NCBI GenBank assembly: GCA_963787835.1
Contig: CAWBEI010000005.1
Location: 160,001 to 224,000 of the forward strand
Direction of reading: 5' to 3'
Length of the DNA stretch: 64,000 nucleotides
Origin: Ignavibacteriota bacterium
Lineage (GTDB): Bacteria > Bacteroidota > Ignavibacteria > Palsa-1295
The position numbers were made by a program, and so were the translations under genes. Each line of letters opens with the position of its first letter. Position 1 is the first letter of the stretch. Below the pieces are notes generated by a model. The model ran no database searches and was not told the origin of the DNA. It worked only from the letters and a program-made list of their open reading frames with translations. Shown in pieces: positions 20,819-30,642 of the stretch.

Positions 20819-21025
20819 GGGGGAAATAAGTAAGAAGTAAGAGTTAAGAAGTAAGAAATGCGGAGCGTGGAGAGTTCATTGACAATTGATGCGGCGGCTT
20901 TCGGAGTGAACGAGTTCTTTGGGAAAGCAAAATGTGAATAACTTTTGCGACAAACGGCGAAAACAGCATGGATTCAAGGGTGGGCGGGAACTCAGCAAGA
21001 AAAAGAAAAAGCACCTATTTCTGGG
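20819..21025 (+). repeat. Duplicated ~210-nt non-coding element, copy A (upstream of rpsO)
   Basis: Aligns by eye over its full length with the reverse complement of 37587-37796, with long identical blocks such as GGAGCGTGGAGAGTTCATTGACAATTGATGCGGCG and GTTCTTTGGGAAAGCAAAATGTGAATAACTTTTGC. Confidence 0.9.
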
Positions 21026-21127
21026 GGAAAGGATGAAGGCTGAGGGATGAATGAGGAAATGGAGGTAGGGCAGATGCGGAATTATACCCCCTCTGACCTC
21101 GTTTGGCGGACTTCAAATTGAAAAACG

Positions 21128-21182
21128 GTCCCATACGGGGACGGGGCTGCCGGATGCTACTATAGCGCGCGGTACCGGCAGC
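21128..21182 (+). promoter_or_regulatory. Structured rpsO leader, candidate S15 autoregulatory RNA
   Basis: Hairpins GTCCC..GGGAC and GCTGCCGG(21146-21153)..CCGGCAGC(21175-21182), 24 nt before the ATG. Confidence 0.45.
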
Positions 21183-21206
21183 ATCATTATTAGCGCTATT
21201 ACATAC

Positions 21207-21476
21207 ATGCCAGTCACCAAAGAAAAGAAGCAGCAATTTGCTGCGAAATTCGGCAAAGCGCCGAACGATACGGGGAGCGCGGAAGTCCAGATCGCTATCC
21301 TCACGGAACACATTAATTCGCTCACACCGCATTTCGAGAAGAATCCCAAAGATCATCATGGCCGCCGCGGGCTGCTGAAGATGGTTGGCCAGCGCCGCAG
21401 TCTTCTCGATTATTTGGCGAAGAAGGACCTCAATAAATATCGCACGCTCATTCAAGAGCTCGATATCCGTAAATAA
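21207..21476 (+). CDS. rpsO: 30S ribosomal protein S15
   Basis: [13 protein letters not shown]...[23 protein letters not shown]. Confidence 0.98.
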   Translation: MPVTKEKKQQFAAKFGKAPNDTGSAEVQIAILTEHINSLTPHFEKNPKDHHGRRGLLKMVGQRRSLLDYLAKKDLNKYRTLIQELDIRK

Positions 21477-21486
21477 TTTTCTGAAC

Positions 21487-21523
21487 AGGCCGGCTCATGG
21501 CGATCATGGTTCCGGCCTTTTTT
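21487..21523 (+). terminator. Intrinsic terminator after rpsO
   Basis: aggccgg...ccggcct followed by a T tract. Confidence 0.7.
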
Positions 21524-21591
21524 ATATCTGTGGGCGGCGATCCGCCCAACTATCCATTTGGGCATTGTGAAAAGCCCACACTAATCATACT

Positions 21592-23865
21592 ATGAACTAC
21601 GAAATCGAATACGGTCGCGGCAAAAAAATAAGCTTCGACATAGGCCGCTTTGCAAAACAATCCAACGGGTCGGTGATGGTCCGTTTGGGAGATACGATGG
21701 CGCTCGTCGCAGCCGTCGCCGCAGAAATAGAGAAAGAGGGAATCGACTTCATGCCCCTGCAAGTCGAGTTCCGGGAACGCGCGGCGGCAGCCGGAAAAAT
21801 TCCCGGCGGATATTTCAAACGCGAAGGACGCCCGACGGAGAAGGAAATTCTCTCGGCACGCCTGATCGACCGCCCCATTCGTCCCATGTTCCCGAAAGAG
21901 TGGCGCGTAGAGACGCAGGTTATTTCTACCATTTTCTGCTCCGATCAGGAGCACGATGCCGATACTATTTCTGCAACAGGAGCATCGCTTGCGTTATTGC
22001 TTTCGGATATTCCCTTCGAGGAAGCTGTCGCCGAAGTTCGCGTTGCTCGCGTGAATGGCGAGATCATTATCGACCCCACTTTTTCGGAACTTGAGAAGGC
22101 GGATTATGAATTTGTCGTCGCCGGTACGAAGGATTCGATCCTGATGGTCGAAGGCGAATGCCATGAGATCAGCGAAACGGATTTTCTCGATGCGCTGCAA
22201 CATGCGGCAAGCGCGATCAGGGAATTATGTGCTGGACAAGATAAGATCCTTGCTGAATGCGGCATTGCAAAGAAGAAGCGCATTCAGGATGAGCATATCA
22301 TGGATGCCACGCTCGTCGGACAAGTGGAGGAAGTTGCATCCGCCAAATTCAGGGAACTCGCAAGAACCGTACTTGCAAAAGAGGATCGTCACGACCAGAC
22401 GAAGGAAGCTTATGAAGCCGCTCACAAATCGATCACCGAAAAAGTTGGCGGAGAAGAGGCGTTTGCTCTTATTAAGGGTGATGTAGATCACATTCTTCAT
22501 GACATCGAACAGCGTGAAATGCGTGAGATGATCCTGGAGAACAACGTTCGCTTGGATGGACGTGATTGCACAACGATCCGTCCGATTGCATGTGAAGTAG
22601 CAGTGCTTCCCCGCGTTCATGGCTCTGCGTTATTCACGCGAGGTGAAACGCAATCACTGACAAGCTGCACGCTCGGCACCAAGCGCGATGAGCAGTCCAT
22701 AGAAGGTTTGCAGCCGGAGTCAACCAAGCGGTTCATGCTGCACTACAATTTTCCATCTTATTCTGTCGGTGAAGTTGGCCGTTATTCGGGAACTGGCCGC
22801 CGCGAGATCGGACACGGTAATCTGGCAGAACGCGCGTTGAAGTTATTGCTTCCAACCGTTGAGGAATTTCCATATACGCTTCGCGTGGTGAGCGATATTC
22901 TGGAATCGAATGGATCGTCCTCGATGGCGACGGTTTGCGCGGGTTCGCTCGCGATGTTTGATGCGGGCGTTCCTCTGAAAAAGCCGGTGAGTGGTATTGC
23001 GATGGGTCTTATCAAGGAGGGCGACCGCGTTGCGATCCTTTCCGACATTCTTGGCAATGAGGATCATCTCGGCGACATGGATTTTAAAGTCTGTGGGACT
23101 CGCGATGGTATCACCGCTTGCCAGATGGATATGAAGATCAAGGGTATTGACTTCACACTGCTGGAAAAGGCTCTCCTGCAAGCTCGCGATGGCCGTTTGC
23201 ATATTCTTGGCAAGATGGATGAGGCGCTTGCTGCTCCGAAATCTGAGCTTTCCACGTATGCGCCACGCCTCACGACCGTTAAAGTTCCGGTCGATGCGAT
23301 CGGGCTTGTCATCGGACCTGGCGGCAAAACGATCCGTCAGATCCAAGCAGATGCAGGAGTCGAGATCAATATCGAAGAGGATGGAACCGTTACCATCGCT
23401 GCGCTTTCAGGTGAAGCAAGCGACCGTGCCAAGCAATTTATCCTCGGGCTTGTTGCTGAACCGGAGGAAGGCGCGACCTACACTGGCCGCGTTACGCAGG
23501 TTCGTGAAGGTTTGGGAGCCATCGTCGAGTTCCTTCCGAAGAAGGAGGGCTTGCTTCACATTTCCGAGATCGATTATCAGCGCGTCGAGAATGTGTCAGA
23601 TGTCATTCAGGTTGGCGATGTATTCGATGTGAAGCTTATTGCTGTCAAACCGGATGGAAAGTTCTCGCTCTCTCGCAAAGCATTGCTCCCGATGCCCGAA
23701 GGCTACGAAGAGCGTCCACGCCGCGAATACGGCGGTGACCGCGATGGAGATCGTGGTGGCGACCGTCGCGGAGGCGGAGATCGCCGTGGTGGTGGTGGCG
23801 ACCGCAGAGGCGGCGGAGATCGCCGCGGAGGAGGTGGCTACGGTGGCGGGGATCGACGCAGATAA
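21592..23865 (+). CDS. pnp: Polyribonucleotide nucleotidyltransferase with a GGDRRGG-repeat tail
   Basis: ARLIDRPIRPMFP, HGSALFTRGETQ, ESNGSSSMA, EDHLGDMDFK, KH and S1 domains. Confidence 0.98.
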   Translation: MNYEIEYGRGKKISFDIGRFAKQSNGSVMVRLGDTMALVAAVAAEIEKEGIDFMPLQVEFRERAAAAGKIPGGYFKREGRPTEKEILSARLIDRPIRPMFPKEWRVETQVISTIFCSDQEHDADTISATGASLALLLSDIPFEEAVAEVRVARVNGEIIIDPTFSELEKADYEFVVAGTKDSILMVEGECHEISETDFLDALQHAASAIRELCAGQDKILAECGIAKKKRIQDEHIMDATLVGQVEEVASAKFRELARTVLAKEDRHDQTKEAYEAAHKSITEKVGGEEAFALIKGDVDHILHDIEQREMREMILENNVRLDGRDCTTIRPIACEVAVLPRVHGSALFTRGETQSLTSCTLGTKRDEQSIEGLQPESTKRFMLHYNFPSYSVGEVGRYSGTGRREIGHGNLAERALKLLLPTVEEFPYTLRVVSDILESNGSSSMATVCAGSLAMFDAGVPLKKPVSGIAMGLIKEGDRVAILSDILGNEDHLGDMDFKVCGTRDGITACQMDMKIKGIDFTLLEKALLQARDGRLHILGKMDEALAAPKSELSTYAPRLTTVKVPVDAIGLVIGPGGKTIRQIQADAGVEINIEEDGTVTIAALSGEASDRAKQFILGLVAEPEEGATYTGRVTQVREGLGAIVEFLPKKEGLLHISEIDYQRVENVSDVIQVGDVFDVKLIAVKPDGKFSLSRKALLPMPEGYEERPRREYGGDRDGDRGGDRRGGGDRRGGGGDRRGGGDRRGGGGYGGGDRRR

Positions 23866-23875
23866 ATAGTAAATG

Positions 23876-23909
23876 AAGCCTCTATTCTTTGGAATAGGGG
23901 CTTTTTTTT
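23876..23909 (+). terminator. Intrinsic terminator after pnp
   Basis: aagcctctattc-tttg-gaataggggctt + T tract. Confidence 0.8.
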
Positions 23910-23960
23910 GACCTATGATAGAGAAACCATTGGGTTGGGAATCAGCTTTCAATTGCTGGA

Positions 23961-25664
23961 ATGAGAAAGATTATCACGATAGCGTTCTTACTTCTTACGA
24001 GCACCATTGCTGATGCTCAGTGGGAGATGCAACCGGCAGGGAATTGGTGGATAGACGGACCTAATGGAGCTCTTTTGATTCTTGCGCCAATCGGTTCTAA
24101 CGTTGTAAATGGAACGTTCATAATCACTAGCTCAGATTGTTATGGCGGTCCTTTAGACACAACAACTTGGCATGTAGAATTTCTACAAGACTCTATATCC
24201 GGAAATGGCTTTATCCCAGAGGTTGTAAAAACGCATGAGTTGAATCTCACGCAAAGCGATTGTAGCTTTACATATAATTTTAAATATCAGCCAAAGAATT
24301 ATGATGACACGTCAGTTATTACCATTAGTACTTATCCCGCGCAAATGACACCGCCAGGAATCGGGTTTGCAGTAATGGGCATTAGTTACGTTGCTGCTTC
24401 TCAGGAATATTCTCTTAGTCGTTCTGATTTCGACACCCTTCCTCCGGGAGATACGGAGATAGCAATTCTTCGACTTTTCAATCAAACCCCTGATACTGAG
24501 TTAGTCACCGCTTCATTCTCAAAAGGAGTCGATTTTAATTTTTTAGATTTGGTTAACTTTCCTGTAATAATCCCTCCTGGCGATACTCTTCCACCAATTC
24601 AGGTGGTTTATCGCGCAAATGCGCTTAGGCCGTATTCAACCGATTCACTTCATATTTCCATACAAAGAATACGGGAGGGATCTGATTACAAATCTGCAAT
24701 TTTGTTTGGAAATTTATTGACAGGCGGATGTAATGCGAAATATTACGAATTGAGTAAGACGCAATTTGGCTACATTGCTGCAATAGACTCTTCCACTGCG
24801 ACGTTGAGGCTTTTCAATGCAACGGCAGATACCGAGAGCGTATTGCTTGCCTTCACGCCACAAGGCGATTTCGAAGCTTGGGAAGGAATTGGTTCGCCCA
24901 TCATAATACCCCCTTATGACTCTAGTACGGCTATACCAATCACGATGCATGTGTCTATAAATCGGAAGGCGATTCAAGATACGTTGGTCATCAATGCCAA
25001 ATGGATTGGAAATGGAGCAGAGGACTTGAACCTCAAATTTAGCAATGTATTATCCGGAGGTTGTTCTGATCTCAGATTTAGGCTCGATAGCGAATCAAAA
25101 AGCATTTATGCAACCCTTGGGGAGGAGGCACGGGGTTATATTATGGTTTACAACCTCTCAAAAGATACCATTACCCTTCAAGCGGAGTTAAACCCATCGG
25201 GGTGTTGGTGTACCTATCTCTATTTTTTCAGTTATCAGCGTCAGTTTCAAATACCACCACTCGATAGTTCTCAAGATACTGTCTATCTGATGCCATTTGC
25301 CCCACCAGGAGTCTGGTTAGCTCAAATGGCTTACATCGATAACTACGGCAACGGCCAGTCTGATATTGATAGTGAGGATTTTGTTGGGACTGTAGCTGTG
25401 GATGGAGTAACCTTATCCGTTAGAGATTCACTTTCGATTTATCCAAATCCATCCGGCAATGAGTTTCGGATTCAAGGAATGACAAACGGATCATTCTTTG
25501 TCATTTACAATGTGCTAGGAAACCCGGTCTTTCAATCCAAGAGAGCTCAAGACGTTTGGAATGGAGAAGATAATTCCGGGGAACTTTGCAGATCAGGGCA
25601 ATATTTTGCTGTAATTATTACAGATGGGAATCGTACCGTTATACCGATTCTATTTACGAGATAG
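23961..25664 (+). CDS. Secreted Ig-like repeat protein with T9SS C-terminal domain
   Basis: Signal peptide, repeated LRLFN..IIPP.D units, C-terminal IYPNPS...IYNVLG...WNGED..G.Y. Confidence 0.75.
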   Translation: MRKIITIAFLLLTSTIADAQWEMQPAGNWWIDGPNGALLILAPIGSNVVNGTFIITSSDCYGGPLDTTTWHVEFLQDSISGNGFIPEVVKTHELNLTQSDCSFTYNFKYQPKNYDDTSVITISTYPAQMTPPGIGFAVMGISYVAASQEYSLSRSDFDTLPPGDTEIAILRLFNQTPDTELVTASFSKGVDFNFLDLVNFPVIIPPGDTLPPIQVVYRANALRPYSTDSLHISIQRIREGSDYKSAILFGNLLTGGCNAKYYELSKTQFGYIAAIDSSTATLRLFNATADTESVLLAFTPQGDFEAWEGIGSPIIIPPYDSSTAIPITMHVSINRKAIQDTLVINAKWIGNGAEDLNLKFSNVLSGGCSDLRFRLDSESKSIYATLGEEARGYIMVYNLSKDTITLQAELNPSGCWCTYLYFFSYQRQFQIPPLDSSQDTVYLMPFAPPGVWLAQMAYIDNYGNGQSDIDSEDFVGTVAVDGVTLSVRDSLSIYPNPSGNEFRIQGMTNGSFFVIYNVLGNPVFQSKRAQDVWNGEDNSGELCRSGQYFAVIITDGNRTVIPILFTR

Positions 25665-25671
25665 TACCTAT

Positions 25672-26157
25672 TCAACGAATTCCAACCCACACTTCCACCA
25701 TCGCATTCTGCGGATCAGCGGCACGTTCGTCATAAACCTCGAAATCGGCAAGGAATGCTCGCTCGCCGCCCATATCGGAAGCGGGTGTTGACCAGATTTT
25801 CTGCCATACTTTCGGCACCACTTTCCACACCGGGCCATTTTCAGAAGTGAAGACTGCATAACGCGTATCGGGAATTTCTTTTGCAATCATTCCTTCTGGG
25901 ATCGAAGCAACGGACGTAACTTTTGTACCGATAAGGAATGTGTATTCGCCATTCGCATCGGATTCGTAATCGGTGCACATTGCGAGGATGTTGGCGTCGG
26001 CACGATTGGGAATTTGCTCGATGATACTACCCGCCATTACACGTTCCCACTGATCGGCAATAACGCCTTCGCCAGACAACTCCTTCGCGTTCGTAGTGCG
26101 TGTGGGAATGCCGATGAATAAAAATCCCGGTTGATCTACCAATTTGTGGTTATTCAT
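25672..26157 (-). CDS. GyrI-like / effector-binding domain protein
   Basis: IGIPTRTTNA...DYESDANGEYTFLIG...WQKIW...DFEVYDER. Confidence 0.85.
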   Translation of the reverse strand: MNNHKLVDQPGFLFIGIPTRTTNAKELSGEGVIADQWERVMAGSIIEQIPNRADANILAMCTDYESDANGEYTFLIGTKVTSVASIPEGMIAKEIPDTRYAVFTSENGPVWKVVPKVWQKIWSTPASDMGGERAFLADFEVYDERAADPQNAMVEVWVGIR

Positions 26158-26163
26158 ATAATG

Positions 26164-26910
26164 TTATCCGTTTGATTCAGTCATTATTTCCGCATATACC
26201 GCCGCCGCGCCGATCACATGTGTATAGAGATGCGGATTCAACTCAACAACGGCAGTGGCCTCTGGGGTGAACCCGCAGATGGGTTGAAAATCTGAAATGG
26301 ATATTCGACGTGAGGTTGTAAGAGGCCCAAGATCAATATTTTCGAAATGGTCGAGATCACTGCCGCTTAATAAAATCTCTAAAGCATGGAAATCCGGAAA
26401 AATATGGTTCCGTTCATCGGCAGTCTTTGCCAGAAATTCCTTCAAAGAACGCGCACTTGCGTAGGCCTGAAGTTCCACTCCGGATCTTTTAACGAAGAGC
26501 AGTCCGCCGAGATCAGCCTGAAGGATAGCGGAGTTAACGCTTCCTGCCAGCCGTAAAATCTCATTAAAAGCAGCCAGTGGATTGATCCCGGAAATGCTGT
26601 TATTTATACATTGCATAAGCACAAGGCCACCTATTGATCCTGAAATCAATCTTTTATCCATTCTTTCACGAAGTGGTAGCGGAAAATGGATCGCAACTTC
26701 CTCAGAAAGCTCATCCGGTGTCAGGGTGTCGGGGGAGAGGTAGAAGATATCATGGCTGGGATCGAAAGACTGAACGATAATATCCGGCGTGTTTTCGACA
26801 GGGCCTATTGCCGTAACCTGTCCATGTTCAACTTCAAACAATAGCGAACCCGGCCGCACAGCATTTTGTGCATCCACGTCTATATTAGTACCGACGATAA
26901 ATCTCATCAA
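26164..26910 (-). CDS. Hypothetical protein
   Basis: 248-aa ORF packed in a co-directional gene run; no motif recognised. Confidence 0.6.
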   Translation of the reverse strand: MMRFIVGTNIDVDAQNAVRPGSLLFEVEHGQVTAIGPVENTPDIIVQSFDPSHDIFYLSPDTLTPDELSEEVAIHFPLPLRERMDKRLISGSIGGLVLMQCINNSISGINPLAAFNEILRLAGSVNSAILQADLGGLLFVKRSGVELQAYASARSLKEFLAKTADERNHIFPDFHALEILLSGSDLDHFENIDLGPLTTSRRISISDFQPICGFTPEATAVVELNPHLYTHVIGAAAVYAEIMTESNG

Positions 26911-26928
26911 ATGAAATAAAAAAGGAGC

Positions 26929-27651
26929 TTAAAATCTCCAAACAAAATTTGCGACCGGAGCGAGCAGCGGGAGCGTAAAGAACATAAACCCAAAATCGGA
27001 AGAGAAATTTTGGCTTTCCAGCCGGAGTGCGCCAAGAACGGCAAACGCAGTCGGCTGGGTGAGATCATGGCTCCAGGCTTCAGCTACGAACCGTACATTC
27101 TTATTGTTTGACAGAGGGGTATCGAATCCAATCCCTGCGCCCAGCCCGCCGGTATAGTTGAATGTAAAGGCTCCGTACGGCACTACATTCACAGTGACAA
27201 GCGTAGTATTCGATCCCTGAAGTGTGTTACCATAAATTTTGTAAAAAAGCAGCCCGGTAAATCTTGTTTGGTTAGGCAGTTCATACGTCAGCGAGCCGAA
27301 GAGGTGGAGCAGGGTATTATCCGTCGTGAGCCAAAGGGAATTAAGCCCGGTCGCAATCGAAAGACCCTGATCGTCATAAAGCGTAAGCTTGGCCTGTAAA
27401 TACCCGAACTGAGAGTGGACAGATACGGTGGGCATAACGGTAAACCCACCACTGACGGATAGCACATCGCCGAAGCCATAGCCTCCGGTTAAAAAAGCAA
27501 GTTCCCAAAAGCCGAAATAACCGCCTTCGATCGGCTTACCCGTCGGCATAATAAAATGACGGTAGCCATCGACGACGGAATCGTCTTGTGCCACAGAGCG
27601 AGCAGGAGCGATGAGCGAGAGAAGAGGAATAATTAAAAAAAGTCGTCTCAT
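26929..27651 (-). CDS. Putative outer-membrane beta-barrel protein
   Basis: Signal peptide, amphipathic beta strands, C-terminal NFVWRF. Confidence 0.7.
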   Translation of the reverse strand: MRRLFLIIPLLSLIAPARSVAQDDSVVDGYRHFIMPTGKPIEGGYFGFWELAFLTGGYGFGDVLSVSGGFTVMPTVSVHSQFGYLQAKLTLYDDQGLSIATGLNSLWLTTDNTLLHLFGSLTYELPNQTRFTGLLFYKIYGNTLQGSNTTLVTVNVVPYGAFTFNYTGGLGAGIGFDTPLSNNKNVRFVAEAWSHDLTQPTAFAVLGALRLESQNFSSDFGFMFFTLPLLAPVANFVWRF

Positions 27652-27725
27652 ATCATACAAAATTACAACGATTGACGAACTCTGTTAAGAATTGTGGTCG
27701 GAAGTGTTAGAAGATTGGAAATTCA

Positions 27726-29975
27726 TCACAGCATTCCCAGACGCTTCCTGATGAACCATTCTGTGCCAAAACAAACGATAGCCAGTGCGAGCAATGGCCA
27801 ACTGTTCCAGAGTTCAAAATCACTTGTATTCGTGACTTCGCGCGCCTGGAATCTCGGGTTAGAATAAATGTCTTTCATGAGACTGGCAGCCGTTTCTGGA
27901 GTATAAAACTTTCCGCCCGTACGTTCCGCCATGGCACGAAGGATGTCACTTCGCATTCTCGGTTCTGCTAATTCGATATTAAAATCACCCACGTTAAATC
28001 TTCCATCGTCATTTCCAAGTTCACTACCGTTTAAAGAAGCAGTTCCCTTAAACGTATAATCACCTTTTGGAAGTCCGTCTGGGATCGCAGCGGTATATCG
28101 TCCGTTGCCGGTAGACTCCAATGTCAGTTCAACGGGTTTTGGCATTGCAGAACCAACAATATGCACGGAGACGTCTGCATGTTCCACCGGTTCCATGCTT
28201 TCATCATACACTTCTCCCAAGAACTCGATGCGCTCACCGGCCTGATAAAATTTTTGATTTGGTTCTATCTTTACTCGCTTGTTATTTTCTTGTGTCGTTA
28301 ACCAGCGGACTGAATTGGCCAGAAAGAGATCGAGTGCGCTTAGCATGGGCTTTGTGGTATCTGTGTTACCATGATAGGTCTCTTCCCGACCAAATGTTGT
28401 GAGTTTCCATTGCCAGATACCGTAGCCGGTGAGAACAACCTGCCGAGCTGCGCCGATCGTGCGGGTGACGAGCAGAGGCTCGTTCATCTTCACCCCCTGC
28501 ACATTGGAAGTAGCAAGTATTCGGCTCTCAGGCAGGGTTTCGAAATGGGTTTCGGTTTTAAAGAGCGGAGCGAGGCCGTCCCAGGAAATGGCGCCGCGCT
28601 GATCGGGAGGGATTCGAAGCAAAGGATCCTCAATTGAGGAAGGCGAAACATTCAAGGATGCTTTTAACTCGGCTTGCGATGCGGATCGTGTATTGGCGTG
28701 TATCGGGATCGCATCTCCAAGTTCAGCGAGTTTGACCAGATCGAGTTGGCGCGATGGGATAAATAATAATGAGCGTCCTTCGCGCATGAGAAGTTCCCGG
28801 ACAAGCGAGAGAGATTCATCAGAGGTCGATGCTATCGGGAACCCGACCATCACAACGAGATCGACCTGTCCTAATTTATCTCGCGTAGGTGCGCCTTCAT
28901 AAAATGACGAGCCTTGTTTCTGAATATAGGTCGAAAGTTGCAGGGTTGGATTCGCTGAAAAGAACTGCTGTAAAAAACTCACGTCGCTCGAGGGTGCGCC
29001 TGCGAACAGCACAACATGAAATTTGTTTCGAAGCACCTTCACATAGGTGATTCGGAGATTATTCTTATCGGTTGCTTCACCGGGCAATTCTGTGACGCGG
29101 GCAGTCAGTTTTTTTGTACCCTCCGACTTTGGAGTGTACTGAAAGCTGACAGCTTCATCGCCTGTTGGTTGTGAAAGCTCAAGGTTTTTTTCATCCAGCT
29201 TTTGATCTTCTTCAAAGAGCTGAACTGTAATATGCTCTCCGGGATTTATGCCGCTATAATGGATCGTCACATCGACAGGCTGTTCCGCGCCGACCGTCGC
29301 AACCTCATTGGTGAATAGCTCCGCAACAGCGACATCGCGGGGTTCGGTAGAATCACCCAATCCAACTGCATAGACAGGGATCCCAAGCTCTTGTGAGGGA
29401 TAGATCGGGTTATCTCCCGAAGTAAAAGCACCATCGGTATAGAGCACGATCGCTTCTGTATTTGATGTCTTCCTCAGATCACTTATGGAACGAAACGCGC
29501 TGGCAAGATCGGTTGAACTCGCTTGAGCGTGAATACTATCTATCGGAGTTCGATTCGGAAACGGAATGGTCTGATCGCCGACAGTAAAGAGCTTGGCCTT
29601 ATTTTGATTATTCAGAAGGTCAGCGGGGATTACTTGATGGATGCTTCGGAGCATGACGGTGCTTCTGGTCTCCAGACCTGAGTTCAAAGCGAAGCCTTTT
29701 TCAGGGAGCGTCATGGACTGCGAGTTATCCATGACAAGCGCAATCGAGGGTGTGATCTGTTCCGATGTTACCGTGCTAAGTATCGGTTGAAAGATCGCAA
29801 AAAGAAGCGCGGCTATCCCAACGCTCCGTAAACTGATGAGAATATTCCTTCGACCACGAGTTGTTCTGGGAACAGTGTTCCGGTAAGACCAAACTGCGAG
29901 CAGTACGCTCATCAGCATTATGCCGGCCAACACCCAAAAGGAGCCGGCGGCCAGTTCGAGAGAAATTCTTAGCAA
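27726..29975 (-). CDS. Membrane-anchored vWA-domain protein
   Basis: N-terminal TMs, DNSQSM and LYTDG (MIDAS-like), C-terminal EWFIRKRLGML. Confidence 0.8.
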   Translation of the reverse strand: MLRISLELAAGSFWVLAGIMLMSVLLAVWSYRNTVPRTTRGRRNILISLRSVGIAALLFAIFQPILSTVTSEQITPSIALVMDNSQSMTLPEKGFALNSGLETRSTVMLRSIHQVIPADLLNNQNKAKLFTVGDQTIPFPNRTPIDSIHAQASSTDLASAFRSISDLRKTSNTEAIVLYTDGAFTSGDNPIYPSQELGIPVYAVGLGDSTEPRDVAVAELFTNEVATVGAEQPVDVTIHYSGINPGEHITVQLFEEDQKLDEKNLELSQPTGDEAVSFQYTPKSEGTKKLTARVTELPGEATDKNNLRITYVKVLRNKFHVVLFAGAPSSDVSFLQQFFSANPTLQLSTYIQKQGSSFYEGAPTRDKLGQVDLVVMVGFPIASTSDESLSLVRELLMREGRSLLFIPSRQLDLVKLAELGDAIPIHANTRSASQAELKASLNVSPSSIEDPLLRIPPDQRGAISWDGLAPLFKTETHFETLPESRILATSNVQGVKMNEPLLVTRTIGAARQVVLTGYGIWQWKLTTFGREETYHGNTDTTKPMLSALDLFLANSVRWLTTQENNKRVKIEPNQKFYQAGERIEFLGEVYDESMEPVEHADVSVHIVGSAMPKPVELTLESTGNGRYTAAIPDGLPKGDYTFKGTASLNGSELGNDDGRFNVGDFNIELAEPRMRSDILRAMAERTGGKFYTPETAASLMKDIYSNPRFQAREVTNTSDFELWNSWPLLALAIVCFGTEWFIRKRLGML

Positions 29976-30048
29976 GTAGTGGATATGAAATAACGGAAAG
30001 TGGATAAGACGAAGATAATAGAACGAGCTATCTATTTACGCTTATCCG

Positions 30049-30639
30049 CTATTTTAAAAGCCATTCGAGCTTTTTCGAACGGAGCATTTCCGGCGAAAGT
30101 TGCGGCACGTCATACATTCCTTGCTCATTTCTTTGCCGAAATGCTTCGAAAAGACTAACGGCCGCTGCAACAGAGACGTTAAGGCTCTCTGCCATTCCCA
30201 TCATTGGGATATAAATTTGCTCATCCGCCAGTGCAGCCGCCTCATTAGAGATCCCTCGATGCTCATTACCGAGAACAAATGCGGTTGGGAAGCAAAAGTC
30301 ATGTTCATACAGTGATGCGGCATTTGGTGAGATTCTTGTGGCAAGAATACGAAACCCATCGGCATGCAATTGTGAGAAGCACGAAGCTACAGAATCGTGA
30401 CGCATGAATTCCAGCCATTTATGAGCGCCGCTGGAGGCGGGGTTATCTATATCTGGGAATTGTTCTATGGTATAAAGCAAATGAACCCTAAGCACCCCAG
30501 CAGCATCACATGATCGCAGTATGGCACTCACATTGTGTGGATCGTGAATATTTTCCAGCACGACCGTCAGAGTTGGCTGGCGACGAGCAAGTGCATGTTC
30601 GATCTTTTCGGTTCGTTCCGGTGATTTGATCTCATCCAT
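30049..30639 (-). CDS. trmH: tRNA (Gm18) 2'-O-methyltransferase, SpoU family
   Basis: VLENIHDPHNVSAILRSCDA...GNEHRGIS...ESLNVSVA. Confidence 0.9.
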   Translation of the reverse strand: MDEIKSPERTEKIEHALARRQPTLTVVLENIHDPHNVSAILRSCDAAGVLRVHLLYTIEQFPDIDNPASSGAHKWLEFMRHDSVASCFSQLHADGFRILATRISPNAASLYEHDFCFPTAFVLGNEHRGISNEAAALADEQIYIPMMGMAESLNVSVAAAVSLFEAFRQRNEQGMYDVPQLSPEMLRSKKLEWLLK

Positions 30640-30642
30640 GAC

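Noticed and set aside
20794-20858. Tandem repeats as a CRISPR array
   Set aside because: 7-nt units with no unique spacers; no cas genes in the window.
20933-20941. Replication origin, from the DnaA box TGTGAATAA
   Set aside because: Only one box per element, no cluster and no dnaA/dnaN context.
20870-21025. rRNA operon start, suggested by promoter + boxA-like words
   Set aside because: No 16S/23S/5S sequence follows either copy; rpsO and rplS follow instead.
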